Positions 63,707 through 64,000 of a stretch of 64,000 nucleotides of DNA are shown piece after piece. The position numbers were made by a program, and so were the translations under genes. The notes beneath the pieces were generated by a model. It was not told the DNA's origin, did no database searches, and saw only the letters and a list, made by a program, of their open reading frames with translations. Numbering within the stretch: the first letter of the stretch is position 1; every line of letters begins with the position of its first letter. Source of the DNA: Myxococcales bacterium (GTDB taxonomy: Bacteria > Myxococcota_A > Bradymonadia > Bradymonadales > Bradymonadaceae); assembly GCA_026988815.1 (NCBI GenBank), contig JALSKP010000139.1:1927-65926 (forward strand), written 5' to 3'.

Positions 63707-64000
63707 GTTTAACGTTGACGACTACGACACCCTGCTTAAAACCTTGGTCGCCCACTTTGAGTCCAATCACGAAAATCTAGGCGCGTATAAAACCCAGGAT
63801 TCTAAAGCTTGCCATGATTGTCTTTTTACTGAGCACTCCACACATTGTTACGCCTGCACCTATTGCACGACCTGCGAGCATTGTACCCATTGCACCCATT
63901 GCCATGATTGTACCGGCGTCTCGTCGAGCTCTTATTGTCGCCATTCAAAATTTTGCTCGGGTTGTTCTTATGTAAGCCAATCCGTGCATTGCCACGATTG
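63699..64000 (+). CDS. Partial ORF (runs off the window): Cys/His-rich protein with period-3 cysteines
   Basis: Not in the supplied ORF track because no stop is reached. I translated it by hand from the ATG at 63699, which overlaps the upstream stop (ATGGTTGA): MVEFNVDDYDTLLKTLVAHFESNHENLGAYKTQDSKACHDCLFTEHSTHCYACTYCTTCEHCTHCTHCHDCTGVSSSSYCRHSKFCSGCSYVSQSVHCHD... Confidence 0.55.
   Translation, partial: MVEFNVDDYDTLLKTLVAHFESNHENLGAYKTQDSKACHDCLFTEHSTHCYACTYCTTCEHCTHCTHCHDCTGVSSSSYCRHSKFCSGCSYVSQSVHCHD

Noticed and set aside
1-64000. CRISPR arrays, rRNA and tRNA genes, IS elements, prophage genes and recognisable defence systems (restriction-modification, toxin-antitoxin, CBASS, retron and similar).
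   Set aside because: I saw no regularly spaced repeats, no tRNA- or rRNA-like sequence, and no nuclease, methylase, reverse transcriptase or toxin-type ORFs in the translations. This is a by-eye negative and should be confirmed with tRNAscan-SE, Infernal, PADLOC or DefenseFinder.

Overview
This 64-kb chromosomal window comes from a Gram-negative bacterium of moderate GC content. It is gene-dense, with about 55 protein-coding genes. I found no rRNA, tRNA, CRISPR array, transposase or integrase. The taxon cannot be assigned from sequence alone. The gene content (thrombospondin-repeat OmpA, an alpha-2-macroglobulin/PBP1C pair, many lipobox lipoproteins, HEAT/TPR proteins) resembles predatory or delta-proteobacteria-like lineages such as Bdellovibrionota or Myxococcota, but that is only an impression.

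Main blocks:
- 0.06-1.6 kb: an envelope lipoprotein operon.
- 3.2-4.2 kb: an ECF sigma factor, a short soluble RsrA-like zinc anti-sigma factor and a DUF2892 protein.
- 8.0-16.9 kb: an alpha-2-macroglobulin/PbpC operon with a third trailing gene.
- 17.1-19.5 kb: a tandem-domain alkaline phosphatase.
- 27.2-29.7 kb: a TetR/acyl-CoA dehydrogenase pair.
- 29.8-32.5 kb: a more GC-rich insertion bracketed by imperfect direct repeats that duplicate the tetR 5' end and a 16-bp palindrome. It carries overlapping, apparently frameshifted LRR-like ORFs and about 0.9 kb of ORF-free, hairpin-rich DNA.
- 34.4-50.6 kb: a 17-gene minus-strand operon with mostly 4-nt gene overlaps. It encodes an aryl-polyene-type (type II FAS/PKS-like) lipid-pigment pathway with its own MIO ammonia-lyase and a flavin halogenase.
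- 50.6-59.9 kb: secreted lipoproteins and peptidases.
- 61.2-62.6 kb: dnaA in an atypical context (no dnaN, no rpmH), followed by a 425-bp AT-rich spacer and two Cys-rich ORFs.

The largest coherent system is the aryl-polyene cluster, which belongs to a known class but has an unusual gene combination. The least explained region is the 29.8-32.5 kb insertion. All calls rest on motif recognition by eye in the supplied ORF translations and on manual inspection of the DNA. No database search or computation was run.
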